From an uncultured Candidatus Saccharibacteria bacterium (GTDB lineage: Bacteria; Patescibacteriota; Minisyncoccia; Phycocordibacterales; JACOZG01), in NCBI GenBank assembly GCA_964460805.1, contig CAYWPU010000001.1:112565-176564 (forward strand): DNA of 64,000 nucleotides. The letters are read 5' to 3'. This document shows positions 50,001-59,122 of the stretch, piece after piece. Numbering within the stretch: position 1 is the first letter of the stretch; each line of letters opens with the position of its first letter. The notes beneath the pieces are model-generated. The model had not been told where the DNA came from and did not search any database. It worked only from the letters and a program-made list of their open reading frames with translations. Both the position numbers and the translations under genes were made by a program.

Positions 50001-52181
50001 ATGAGCTTTCAACGCTATTTAATCTGGGCGATTGCGAGTGGCCTCTTCTTGCTTCTCCTCACCCCCCTGATCATCTCCAGTAGCCTCTTTTTCCCATATA
50101 TTACCGGCAAAGCCTTTTTCTTCCGGGTTATCGTGGAGGTCGTCTTCTGTCTCTGGCTCTTGCTGGCCTGGCGGGAGCCGGTCTATCGCCCGCAACGCTC
50201 GTGGATCATGTGGGGTGTGCTGGCACTTTTTGCCGCAAGCGCGCTGGCTACTGTATTTGGTGCTAACCCATACCGCAGCTTCTGGTCCAACTGGGAGCGC
50301 ATGGGCGGTCTGGTGAGCTATCTACACTTGCTAGCCTACTTTTTAGTAATCAGCGCCGTGTTCCGCAGTGAGCAGATATGGCGTTGGTTTTTCCGTAGTT
50401 CCATTTTTGTGAGCATGTGTGTGGCTGGTTACGGTTTAACGCAGTTCAGCGCCACGCGCGTGGATAGCACCCTTGGCAATGCCACTTACTTGGCTGTGTA
50501 CATGCTCTTCCATATTTTCCTCACAGCTTTCTTGCTGAAGCAAGACTGGAAAATAGTCTGGACAAGATATCTATATGGTCTAGTCGGCTTGCTACAGATC
50601 CTGATCTTGTATAAAACAGCCACGCGCGGTGCCATCCTAGGCTTGCTGGCGGGCGTTGGTGTGACGGCCTTGTGCTTGCTGGCTAAGCGCTGGCGCGAGC
50701 CGCGAGTGCGCAAGCTTGGCCTCGGTTTATTGCTGGTGTTGCTTGTGATTGTAGCGGGCTTCTGGAGCGTGCGGGATAGCAATTTTGTGAAAAACAGCTC
50801 CGTGCTCTCGCGCTTTGCCGATATCTCGCTACAAGAAGGCGGTAGTGCAGAGTCTCGTTTTACCATCTGGCAGATGAGCTTGCGTGGATTTGCCGAGCGG
50901 CCACTGCTCGGCTGGGGACCAGAGAACTTTGAGCTGGTTTTTGCTAAATATTTTGAGCCCAAGCTCTGGCGCCAGGAGCCCTGGTTTGATCGTTCGCACA
51001 ATATCTTCCTAGACTGGCTAATTGACGCCGGCGCGCTGGGCTTGCTCGCGTATCTCTCGCTATTTGCCTCGGCGCTCTGGTATATCTGGCGCTCGCGCGT
51101 GCGCGACTCGCTCACTCAGAGCCTGTTCACCGGCTTGCTCGCGGCTTATCTTGTTAATAATATTTTCGTCTTTGATAACCTGGTGAGCTATATTTTATTC
51201 TTCTCCCTGCTCGCTTATTTGCACGCCCAATCTTTGCCTAATCAACTTGAGCAGAGAGTGAGACACGTAGACGCGCCTGTCACTCCCGCGTTCTGGCTCA
51301 CGGGTGGCGTGCTTCTGGTTGCCCTCTGTGGTGCGGTGTATGTGGTGAACATCAAGCCGATGTTCGCGGCCTCGCGCTTGGTGCAGGTGCTTGGTCCGGT
51401 GAGTCAGGGCGTGGCGCCAGATGTGATCGTGAGCGAGCGCTTGGAGAAGTTCCGGCAGATTGCCTCTGCCCGCACTCTTGGCTCGCGCGAGGCGGCCGAG
51501 CAACTGGCCAACCAGGCCACGCAGATTGCCGCCTCTCCGGCCGTATCTGAGCCGCTCAAGCAAGAGATCAGCGCTCTGGCGATTGCCGAGATGGAGCGCG
51601 AGGCTCTCGCCGCGCCAGCGAGCGCGCGGACTAAATTAATTCTCGGCACCACTTACCTCAAGCTTGGCAAGACGCCGGAAGCTCTAGAGATTCTTGCTCA
51701 AGCTCACGAGCTGGCACCGCGCAAGCAGGCTATCATCTTCGCTCTTGCCTCGGCGCATCTCGCCAGCGGTGACGAGGAGACGGCCCTTGAGCTGGCCCAG
51801 CAAGCTTTCAATCTAGACGAAGCTTATCCAGAAGCGCGCAAGTTCTACGCGCTCGCGCTCATCCAGAGCGGCGATGTAACCACGGCGGGAGAGATCCTTG
51901 CTGGCGACCAGGCACTAGAGCTAGACGACAGATTCTTGAACGCTTATGTGGAGGCCAAGCGCTATGATCTCGTCTTCAAGCTCTGGCAAGATAAAGTGAA
52001 AAAAGAGCCAGGCAATACCCAGTTCCGGTTCTCACTTGCCGCGGCTTACCTGATGACGAACCAGCGCGCTTTGGCAATTCAGGAGTTAGAAACTGCGGCG
52101 GAGATTGACCCGCGCCTGGTGCCGCAAGTCGCGCGCCTAGTGAGCGAGATCCGCGCGGGGCGGAATCCAATTTCCCAATAA
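50001..52181 (+). CDS. O-antigen ligase-like (Wzy_C domain) polytopic membrane protein with C-terminal TPR repeats
   Basis: About 10 TM segments. Wzy_C-like loop region ...LYKTATRGAILGLLAG.... C-terminal roughly 250 aa of TPR-like helices. Confidence 0.55.
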   Translation: MSFQRYLIWAIASGLFLLLLTPLIISSSLFFPYITGKAFFFRVIVEVVFCLWLLLAWREPVYRPQRSWIMWGVLALFAASALATVFGANPYRSFWSNWERMGGLVSYLHLLAYFLVISAVFRSEQIWRWFFRSSIFVSMCVAGYGLTQFSATRVDSTLGNATYLAVYMLFHIFLTAFLLKQDWKIVWTRYLYGLVGLLQILILYKTATRGAILGLLAGVGVTALCLLAKRWREPRVRKLGLGLLLVLLVIVAGFWSVRDSNFVKNSSVLSRFADISLQEGGSAESRFTIWQMSLRGFAERPLLGWGPENFELVFAKYFEPKLWRQEPWFDRSHNIFLDWLIDAGALGLLAYLSLFASALWYIWRSRVRDSLTQSLFTGLLAAYLVNNIFVFDNLVSYILFFSLLAYLHAQSLPNQLEQRVRHVDAPVTPAFWLTGGVLLVALCGAVYVVNIKPMFAASRLVQVLGPVSQGVAPDVIVSERLEKFRQIASARTLGSREAAEQLANQATQIAASPAVSEPLKQEISALAIAEMEREALAAPASARTKLILGTTYLKLGKTPEALEILAQAHELAPRKQAIIFALASAHLASGDEETALELAQQAFNLDEAYPEARKFYALALIQSGDVTTAGEILAGDQALELDDRFLNAYVEAKRYDLVFKLWQDKVKKEPGNTQFRFSLAAAYLMTNQRALAIQELETAAEIDPRLVPQVARLVSEIRAGRNPISQ

Positions 52182-52340
52182 ACCGCCAGAATCTGGCTTA
52201 AATTAGACCCAGCTTTTTTCTTTTTCCAAATTTCTCAAATAGACTTGCTTTATTTTTTTATTTCTGCTAGACTAGTCCCCGTGGGTGCGGTTGCTGGCGC
52301 AAGCTGGCACTGCTCCGCTAAATGTAAATGTCTTGCGTAA

Positions 52341-52364
52341 GGCCCCCTCTCGTAGGGGGTTTTG
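52341..52364 (+). terminator. Hairpin CCCCCT-ctcgt-AGGGGG followed by TTTT
   Basis: 6-bp GC stem plus T-run, 160 nt downstream of the Wzy_C gene and inside the structured intergenic element. Confidence 0.45.
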
Positions 52365-52367
52365 CGT

Positions 52368-52398
52368 GTCCCGTTAGAAGCCTTGCTTCTAACGGGAC
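52368..52398. repeat. Perfect 13-bp inverted repeat GTCCCGTTAGAAG-ccttg-CTTCTAACGGGAC
   Basis: Same arms as 914-925 and 965-976 upstream of pilB. Confidence 0.6.
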
Positions 52399-52695
52399 GT
52401 GCCTGTTAAACTGCTGATAGTTTCTGCCCAGCCGTGGCTGGCGGTCGCACTCACGTAAAGACATTTAGTTTTTGGAGACAGCACCCGCTGGCCACGATTG
52501 CGCAGAAAACTTTTTAGAAAAATAAAAATTGCAGGAAATAAATTTTTACAAAATTTATTTCAAAAAAGTTATCCACATAATTAGTGAAAAATAATTGTTT
52601 CTGTTTTTGTTTTGACGGATAATTAATGCAAGAGCAACGATCACTAGTCGAGATTGTTGCGGAGGACTTTAAAAAATTTTCACGCAAAAAAACAA

Positions 52696-52785
52696 ATGAA
52701 GAAAAAGAAGAAAGCAACCAAGAAGAAGGTTGCAAAGAGAAAGACCACCAAGAAGAAGGCGACCAAGCGCAAGTCTCGCCGATAG
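52696..52785 (+). CDS. Possible 29-aa lysine-rich peptide MKKKKKATKKKVAKRKTTKKKATKRKSRR
   Basis: ATG ... TAG in frame, directly followed by the strong terminator at 52817-52858. Any RBS is weak or distant. The region also supports a 61-aa acidic ORF in another frame. Confidence 0.2.
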   Translation: MKKKKKATKKKVAKRKTTKKKATKRKSRR

Positions 52786-52816
52786 TCGTCTCTGTTCCGG
52801 TCTGTATTTAGCAAAT

Positions 52817-52858
52817 AATCCCGCTGTCTCAACCAAGAGAGGCGGGATTGTTTTTTGT
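52817..52858 (+). terminator. Rho-independent terminator AATCCCGC-(17 nt)-GCGGGATT followed by TTTTTT
   Basis: 8-bp perfect stem plus T6. Confidence 0.6.
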
Positions 52859-52884
52859 TGGTAAAAAGCGCATAATACCGCCAC

Positions 52885-55317
52885 ATGTCGCTTTTAACCA
52901 AGCTATTTGGCGATAATAGCACGCGCTATCTCAAGACGCTCCAGCCGCTAGTAGAGCGGATTAACGAGCTGGAGGCGGGCCTAGCCAGCTTGGAGACAGC
53001 AAGCTTGCCAGCTGAGACGGCAAAACTAAAAGCGCGCTTGGCCGAGGGCGAGAGCTTGGATGATATCTTGCCGGAGGCCTTTGCTCTCGCGCGCGAGGCG
53101 GCGCGGCGCACGCTGGGCCAGCGGCACTACGACGTGCAGTTGCTTGGTGGCATTGCTTTGCACCAGGGCAAAGTGGCGGAGATGAAGACGGGCGAGGGTA
53201 AGACGCTCGTCTCTACCTTGCCCGCTTATCTCAATGCGCTGGCGGGACGAGGCGTGCACTTGGTAACTGTTAACGACTATCTCTCGCGCCGCGATGCGGT
53301 GTGGATGGGTCAGATCTACGCCGCGCTGGGTCTCACCGTGGGTGTGATCAATCACGACGCTTCTTACCTCTACGATCCCGCGCATAGTGAGAAAGCACTG
53401 GACGAGAGCCGCGATGCCTCCGGCTCTTATAAAGTGTTCTACGAGTTCCTCAAGCCGTGCACGCGCCGTGAGGCTTATCTGGCCGATATTACTTACGGCA
53501 CTAATAACGAATTTGGCTTTGATTACCTGCGTGATAACTTGGCTTACGAGACCGCTCGCGTCTCGCAGATCAGCTTGCCAGATCGTCCGCGGCACCATTA
53601 TGCGATTATTGATGAAGTAGATTCTATCCTGATAGACGAAGCTAGAACTCCCTTGATTATCTCTGCCCCAGTTGCTGAAGCTGATAGCTTATATGCCCGC
53701 TTTGCGAAAATTTCTGCCGCACTCGAGCCGGAGGCTGATTATACTGTGGAAGAGAAAACACGGACGATTGCGCTGACAGAAGCAGGGATAAGCAAAGCAG
53801 AGCAGATGCTGGGCGTGAGCGATATTTATACTGAGGGAGGAGTGAAGTACGTCCATCACTTGGAGACGGCTGTGCGGGCGCGAGCATTATATGAGAAGGA
53901 TCGTGACTATGTGGTGCGCGAGGGTGAGGTGGTGATTGTGGACGAGTTCACTGGCCGGATGCAGCCTGGCCGGCGCTGGAGCGAGGGCTTGCACCAGGCG
54001 ATTGAGGCTAAAGAAGGTGTGGCAGTGAAGCAGGAATCGCGCACCATGGCGAGCATCACCTTCCAGAACTACTTTAAGCTCTATGAGAAGGTGGCGGGTA
54101 TGACAGGTACGGCTCTGACGAGCGAGGAGGAGTTCCAGCGCGTTTACGGCTTAGACACTGTTGCCTTGCCTACGCACCGCGAGAACAAGCGCCAGGACTT
54201 GAACGATCTCATCTTCCAGACAGAAAAAGGCAAATTGCAGGCAGTGGTCAAGAAAATCAGAGAATTGCATGAGTCTGGCCAGCCGGTGCTGGTGGGTACA
54301 ATCTCTATTGAGAAGAACGAGAAGTTGTCTGCTTATCTTAAGAAAGAGGGCATACCTCACCAGCTCTTGAATGCAAAGAACAACGAGCAGGAAGGTTTGA
54401 TCATCGCCGAGGCGGGCAAGCGGGGGAGCGTGGTGCTGGCTACCAATATGGCTGGTCGCGGCGTGGATATCAAACTGGGTGGGCCAGATGCAACCGAGCA
54501 AGAGCGTGAGGAGATCAGAGCGCTGGGCGGACTCTGCGTGCTGGGTACCGAGCGGCACGAGGCGCGGCGGATTGATAACCAGCTCCGCGGCCGCGCCGGC
54601 CGCCAGGGCGATCCAGGAGTAACGCAGTTCTATATTTCTCTAGAGGATGATCTATCGCGCATCTTTGAGGCCGAGAGGGTGAAGAACTTGATGGGCCGCT
54701 TTGGTATCCCGGAGGATGAGCCAATAGAGGCCAAGCTCGTCTCCCGGGTGATTGAGAGCGCGCAGACCAAGATAGAGGGCTTCCACTTTGACGCCCGCAA
54801 ACATCTCTTAGATTACGATAATGTGCTCAATCATCAGCGCGCCAGCATCTACGAGCGCCGCCGGGGATTGCTCTTTGGCGACCCGGATGCCTTGCGCGAG
54901 GCACTGGCTGGTCTTGGCGAGGAGGAAAAGCGCGACTTGAGTGAAGCGCAAGAACAAGTCTTGCGCCGGGCGATTTTGCAGATAATTGACCTGAATTGGT
55001 TGGAGCACTTAGAAGCGATGGAGCATATGCGCAGTAGTGTGGGCTTGCGCGCCTATGGTCAGCGCGATCCGCTGGTGGAATATAAGAAAGAAGGTCTAAA
55101 TATGTTCAAGTTGATGGAGGCGAATATTCTAGAAGAAGTTAAGCGTTTCCTCGCCAATTTGCCGGCTAATATTGAAGCAGTGAAGACGGAAGCCGTAGCG
55201 ATTCCCATCACCGCGTCTAGTTCTCCGGAAGCTAGTTCTATCCAACCAGCCGTGGGTCGCAATGATCCCTGCCCCTGCGGCAGTGGTAAGAAGTATAAAA
55301 AGTGCCACGGGAAATAA
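52885..55317 (+). CDS. secA: Preprotein translocase ATPase SecA
   Basis: DEAD motor motifs (MKTGEGKT, DEVDSILIDEART). C-terminal zinc motif CPCGSGKKYKKCHG. Confidence 0.95.
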   Translation: MSLLTKLFGDNSTRYLKTLQPLVERINELEAGLASLETASLPAETAKLKARLAEGESLDDILPEAFALAREAARRTLGQRHYDVQLLGGIALHQGKVAEMKTGEGKTLVSTLPAYLNALAGRGVHLVTVNDYLSRRDAVWMGQIYAALGLTVGVINHDASYLYDPAHSEKALDESRDASGSYKVFYEFLKPCTRREAYLADITYGTNNEFGFDYLRDNLAYETARVSQISLPDRPRHHYAIIDEVDSILIDEARTPLIISAPVAEADSLYARFAKISAALEPEADYTVEEKTRTIALTEAGISKAEQMLGVSDIYTEGGVKYVHHLETAVRARALYEKDRDYVVREGEVVIVDEFTGRMQPGRRWSEGLHQAIEAKEGVAVKQESRTMASITFQNYFKLYEKVAGMTGTALTSEEEFQRVYGLDTVALPTHRENKRQDLNDLIFQTEKGKLQAVVKKIRELHESGQPVLVGTISIEKNEKLSAYLKKEGIPHQLLNAKNNEQEGLIIAEAGKRGSVVLATNMAGRGVDIKLGGPDATEQEREEIRALGGLCVLGTERHEARRIDNQLRGRAGRQGDPGVTQFYISLEDDLSRIFEAERVKNLMGRFGIPEDEPIEAKLVSRVIESAQTKIEGFHFDARKHLLDYDNVLNHQRASIYERRRGLLFGDPDALREALAGLGEEEKRDLSEAQEQVLRRAILQIIDLNWLEHLEAMEHMRSSVGLRAYGQRDPLVEYKKEGLNMFKLMEANILEEVKRFLANLPANIEAVKTEAVAIPITASSSPEASSIQPAVGRNDPCPCGSGKKYKKCHGK

Positions 55318-55550
55318 TTTAACTAAAGGACACTCCCACCTTGTCCTTTAAAAAATGTCCTAAATGAGCCATATTTTGGACATTAGGACATTTTTTGTCT
55401 TGGCGGGATAATCTGGTTAGGCTTAGATTGAGCGGAAAAGTGAGGGTAAACCCTTGCTTTTTTTATTGTCTCGTGATAGTTCTGTTGTCAGTTCTAGCTC
55501 ATTGACTCGCTCTTTTGAGGTTCGTCGGAATTATTTATTTATCAATTCTT

Positions 55551-57083
55551 ATGGCCCAAGAGAGCCGTTTGCTGCACAATTTGGTCTCTTTCTTGATCAT
55601 CCCGGCAGTGCTCGGGTTCTTCTTTGTGCCTGGCCATAAGGCGTTTGCCCAAGAGGTAGTTGCAGAGGCTGAGCCAGCGCCGGTAGTGGAAACTGTAGAA
55701 GTAGAAACTGTGGAAATCGTAGAGACAGAGGCTACAACTACAGAAACTACAGAGCCGGCGGTAGAGGCTATTGGAGACGAGGTGCCGGCTGAGGAGCCGG
55801 TGGCTCCTGCTCCAGAGCCTGAGGACTCAGAGGGAGTTGATGTAGTAGTAAAAGCTGAGTTAGAGGCAGGAGAAGTAGCGAGTGCTGAGGAGGGAGAACC
55901 CGTGATCGCAGAGTTGCCGGAGGTAGAGCAGGAGATTGTGGTTGAGATTGCTGAAGAAGTAGTCTCAACTGATGCTCCCGCTGAGCCAGCACTCTCTAGC
56001 ACAGACTCGCTCGCGATCAGCGCCGAGTTTGGCGGAGTGGCTCTTGTCTCGGTGAGCGAGAGCACCTTCACTACTGCGCCAGTCGCTATCGGCGGCTTGG
56101 CCATCTCGGCGGAGTACTCCTTCAGCACCAGTTCCAACGGCGGCGGTTGCACCAGCAATTGCGGCTCTGGCGGCTTGGCTATCTCTGCTGAGTTCAGCTT
56201 CAGCACTCTGGGCGGCGGCTTGGCGATTTCTGACGAACAATCTTTTACCACCACTTCCGATGACAGCGGTTGCACCAGCAATTGCGGCGGAGGCGGTGGA
56301 GGTGGCGGCGGTGGTCGACGCCCCCCTCGTCCCGAGGAGCCGGAGACACCCATCGTCCCGTGTCCTCTTTACCTCACGGAGTATATCCGTTTGGGTCGGG
56401 CCAATAATCCGCTGGAGGTGCGCAAGTTGCAGGCCTTCCTGAACGTCTTTGAGGGCGAGCGCTTGGCAATTACTGGCGTCTATAGCCAAGCTGACTTTGA
56501 CGCCGTGTCCCGCTTCCAGCGCAAGTACGGCGGCGATGTGCTCGCGCCTTGGGCGATTGACGACTCTACCGGTTACGTCTTCATCACCACGCGCCTGGCG
56601 GTTAATAATATCTATTGCCAGCGCAGCACAGCGCACGATCTGGACCTGAGCCGCTTCTATCCAGAGGTTTACCAGCTCAATTTGCCTGGGGCCGCTGGAG
56701 TGACAGAGGAGGTAAACGAGGCAGAAGCAGAAGCCGTGCCAGAGCTACCAGAGGAGTCAGCAGACTTGTCTCTAGGTGGCCGTCTCCAGCTGGCGGCGCT
56801 GGCGGTGCTTAATATTTTCAAACTTAGTCCGGTGCAGGCGCTCATTGCTCTGATCGGCTTTGCCGTGCTCTTTACGCTCTTGATTATCTGGCGCTTGAAT
56901 CGTTATCCGGACACTGAAGCGCCAACTGATACTGGACTTGAAGAAGACAATTTCTATCCAATTAATACTGATGATCTTGAAGAAATAGCCGAAGATGAGG
57001 TGATTATTGAAGATGATCCGGCTGGCGAGCTTGAGGCTGGCTCGGATGACCCCACCCAGCCGCCGCTTGACAGCATCAAGTAA
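55551..57083 (+). CDS. Secreted acidic repeat protein with a peptidoglycan-binding (PG_binding_1-like) domain and a C-terminal TM anchor
   Basis: Signal peptide ...AFA|QE. E/V/A-rich acidic region. Repeats GGLAISAEFSFST and CTSNCG. Gly10 run. LQAFLNVFEGERLAITGVYSQADFDAVSRFQRKYG. TM at roughly 56790-56900. Confidence 0.55.
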   Translation: MAQESRLLHNLVSFLIIPAVLGFFFVPGHKAFAQEVVAEAEPAPVVETVEVETVEIVETEATTTETTEPAVEAIGDEVPAEEPVAPAPEPEDSEGVDVVVKAELEAGEVASAEEGEPVIAELPEVEQEIVVEIAEEVVSTDAPAEPALSSTDSLAISAEFGGVALVSVSESTFTTAPVAIGGLAISAEYSFSTSSNGGGCTSNCGSGGLAISAEFSFSTLGGGLAISDEQSFTTTSDDSGCTSNCGGGGGGGGGGRRPPRPEEPETPIVPCPLYLTEYIRLGRANNPLEVRKLQAFLNVFEGERLAITGVYSQADFDAVSRFQRKYGGDVLAPWAIDDSTGYVFITTRLAVNNIYCQRSTAHDLDLSRFYPEVYQLNLPGAAGVTEEVNEAEAEAVPELPEESADLSLGGRLQLAALAVLNIFKLSPVQALIALIGFAVLFTLLIIWRLNRYPDTEAPTDTGLEEDNFYPINTDDLEEIAEDEVIIEDDPAGELEAGSDDPTQPPLDSIK

Positions 57084-57183
57084 CTGCGGTAGTAGTATTG
57101 GTTGGAAAGTAGCTCTTTGAGAGTTACCAATAAATCGGGGCAGATTTTGTCAGCCCTCGTGCTGACGGAAGGAGAAGTGTGAA

Positions 57184-58002
57184 GTGAAGAAGTATTTTGG
57201 TCTCTGTCTGTTACTGGGGAGTGCTGTTGCTGTGGCCGGTTGTGACACCGTGTGCCTCACGGCTCCGGTTGGCGCTTTTGGTCTCACGGGTTGCAATGGC
57301 TCAGGTCCGGGGAGTGGGAATGGGGACAGTAACCCTAACGCCCCGGGTCAGCTCGGCCCGCTGGCGATGACCGGAACGCCCACCATCAACGGCGCGATCT
57401 ACGTGGACGGCGTGCCCATCAACATCTACTCTGGTAACGCGCTTTGCATTGACTTGCGGGGAGCGTTCACTGGAGGCCGAGGGCCCTGGCGGATTGAGAT
57501 CCTCCGGAACGCTGACGAGTCGCTGGTGCTGGGTCACCTTGGCCTGGACAACCCGGCCACCTGCTTCCTTTGGGAAGACTTGGAGGGTCGCCTGTCTGGT
57601 GGCTTCTACATCATCATGTTGACGGATGGCGGTGGTCACACGCTAAAGTGGCTCGTCCAGATCGTTGTGAATGTGGTGGGCGGTGGTGGAGGTGGGACGC
57701 CGGGCACTCCGGTGGGAGCCTTGGCACTCAACCTCACTTCGCCAGCCGAGCTCTCCACTTACCACCTCAATAATTTATTGGTGGTTGGTGGTGCAATTAC
57801 GGGCGGTAGCCCGCCTTTCACCGTCAAGATCAATCTCTATGACGGCAATGTGGCGAACCACCACATTGGATCTAATCGCAGTTTTTCCTTCAGTTTCTTG
57901 GTCTCTGTGGATACTGATGGAAATTGGCTGCAGAATCGGGTCTGTGTGTACTCTGGCGATGGTCAGAGTGCCTGTCTGCAACGGCAGATCCGTGTTCCTT
58001 GA
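57184..58002 (+). CDS. Hypothetical lipoprotein (GTG start)
   Basis: RBS GGAGAAG. Lipobox AVAGC. Gly-rich. Confidence 0.45.
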   Translation: MKKYFGLCLLLGSAVAVAGCDTVCLTAPVGAFGLTGCNGSGPGSGNGDSNPNAPGQLGPLAMTGTPTINGAIYVDGVPINIYSGNALCIDLRGAFTGGRGPWRIEILRNADESLVLGHLGLDNPATCFLWEDLEGRLSGGFYIIMLTDGGGHTLKWLVQIVVNVVGGGGGGTPGTPVGALALNLTSPAELSTYHLNNLLVVGGAITGGSPPFTVKINLYDGNVANHHIGSNRSFSFSFLVSVDTDGNWLQNRVCVYSGDGQSACLQRQIRVP

Positions 58003-58127
58003 GAGCTTCTTGGGGGACACATACCGTCTTGGCTCGCTCTGGTATATCCAGGGCAGGTCAAGGCGGTTTTTTTGTTTTAGTCTGTCCGGTCTTGCTTTAT
58101 TATCTTGCTTGTGGTAGTTATAAGGTC

Positions 58128-59006
58128 ATGAACAAGATATTCAGCAACTTTTGCGTTTTAGGCCTAATTTTGGCCGTATTATTGGTTGGTTCAGCTCCTG
58201 CTCTCGCGCAGACTGGTTTGACCGCTGGCATTAACAGCCCGGCTTCTGGCGCGACCCTCACTGTGGGTGTACCTTTCGCTTTCTCCGGTTCGGCCTCTGG
58301 CGGCGACTCTTCTTTCTATGCCTACGTCTGGAGCTTTGGCGATGGCACCTTTGGCGCTGGTCCCAACTATAATAAGACTTACACTGTCTCCGGTCCTAAG
58401 ACTGTAGAGCTAACGGTCACAGACGGCAGTGGTAATCACGCCAGCTTCTCCCGCAATATCAATGTTGTTTCTGCGCCCACCAGCGGCTTGCCGGTGATCA
58501 ATTTCCTCGCCAATGGCAGCGCTGGTTCCATCACTATCGCCACCACCACGGCTGTAACACTTTCTTGGACAACTACCGACGCCACCACCTGCACTGCTAG
58601 CGGTGCCTGGAGCGGCTCCAAGCCCCTGACTGGTTCTGAGGTGGTCACGGTGAGTAGCACCAGCACTTTCACTCTCTCTTGCACCGGCCCTGGTGGCACT
58701 AGTAACGCTAGCGTGACAGTTAATCTCGGCGGTTCCGGCCCGGTTGCTCCGGTGATCTCCAATATCCAGGTCAGCAATATTACGCAGACCACCGCCACTA
58801 TCACTTGGGACACCAATATCCCGGCCGATAGCCGCGTGATCTACGACACCGTCTCGCACCCCACGCTCGGCACGGCGCCTAATTATGGCTATGCCAATTC
58901 TACTGGCATCACCGATACTAGTCCGAAAGTGACCAGTCACTCTGTGCAGCTCACCGGTCTCTCGCCCAGCACGCAGTACTTCTTCCGTGTTCTCTCTCAG
59001 TCTTAA
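58128..59006 (+). CDS. Secreted PKD-domain plus fibronectin-III-like domain protein
   Basis: Signal peptide ...APALA|QT. YVWSFGDGTFGAGPNYNKTYTVSGPKTVELTVTDGSGN (PKD). C-terminal VISNIQVSNITQTTATITWDT (Fn3-like). Confidence 0.55.
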   Translation: MNKIFSNFCVLGLILAVLLVGSAPALAQTGLTAGINSPASGATLTVGVPFAFSGSASGGDSSFYAYVWSFGDGTFGAGPNYNKTYTVSGPKTVELTVTDGSGNHASFSRNINVVSAPTSGLPVINFLANGSAGSITIATTTAVTLSWTTTDATTCTASGAWSGSKPLTGSEVVTVSSTSTFTLSCTGPGGTSNASVTVNLGGSGPVAPVISNIQVSNITQTTATITWDTNIPADSRVIYDTVSHPTLGTAPNYGYANSTGITDTSPKVTSHSVQLTGLSPSTQYFFRVLSQS

Positions 59007-59122
59007 TCCAGACTCAGCGGCTGTGTTATAATCAGTCGCGCTATGTTGGCCTTGCAGACGATATTTGTCTTCATCTCTATCCTGGTTCTCCTTGTGGTCG
59101 TAATTGCTGAGAAAAACCATTT

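Larger units (their letters stand above)
52262..52500 (+). ncRNA. Candidate structured non-coding RNA or MITE-like element, with nested long-range complementarity
   Basis: CTAAATGT(AAATGT)CTT at 52318-52336 pairs with AAGACATTTAG at 52456-52466. CCGTGGGTGCGG at 52280-52291 pairs imperfectly with CCGCTGGCCACG at 52476-52487. Internal GC hairpins at 52341-52364 and 52368-52398. Confidence 0.3.

Noticed and set aside
52626-52811. 61-aa acidic ORF (MQEQRSLVEIVAEDFKK...) upstream of secA
   Set aside because: It is a product of AAG/GAA repeat DNA and overlaps the poly-lysine mini-ORF frame. It has no RBS and is unlikely to be coding.
55535-56636. Minus-strand ORFs (272 and 223 aa) antisense to the acidic repeat protein gene
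   Set aside because: These are low-complexity P/A/S-rich translations of GC-rich repeat DNA. The plus-strand ORF has a signal peptide, a recognisable PG-binding domain and a TM anchor.
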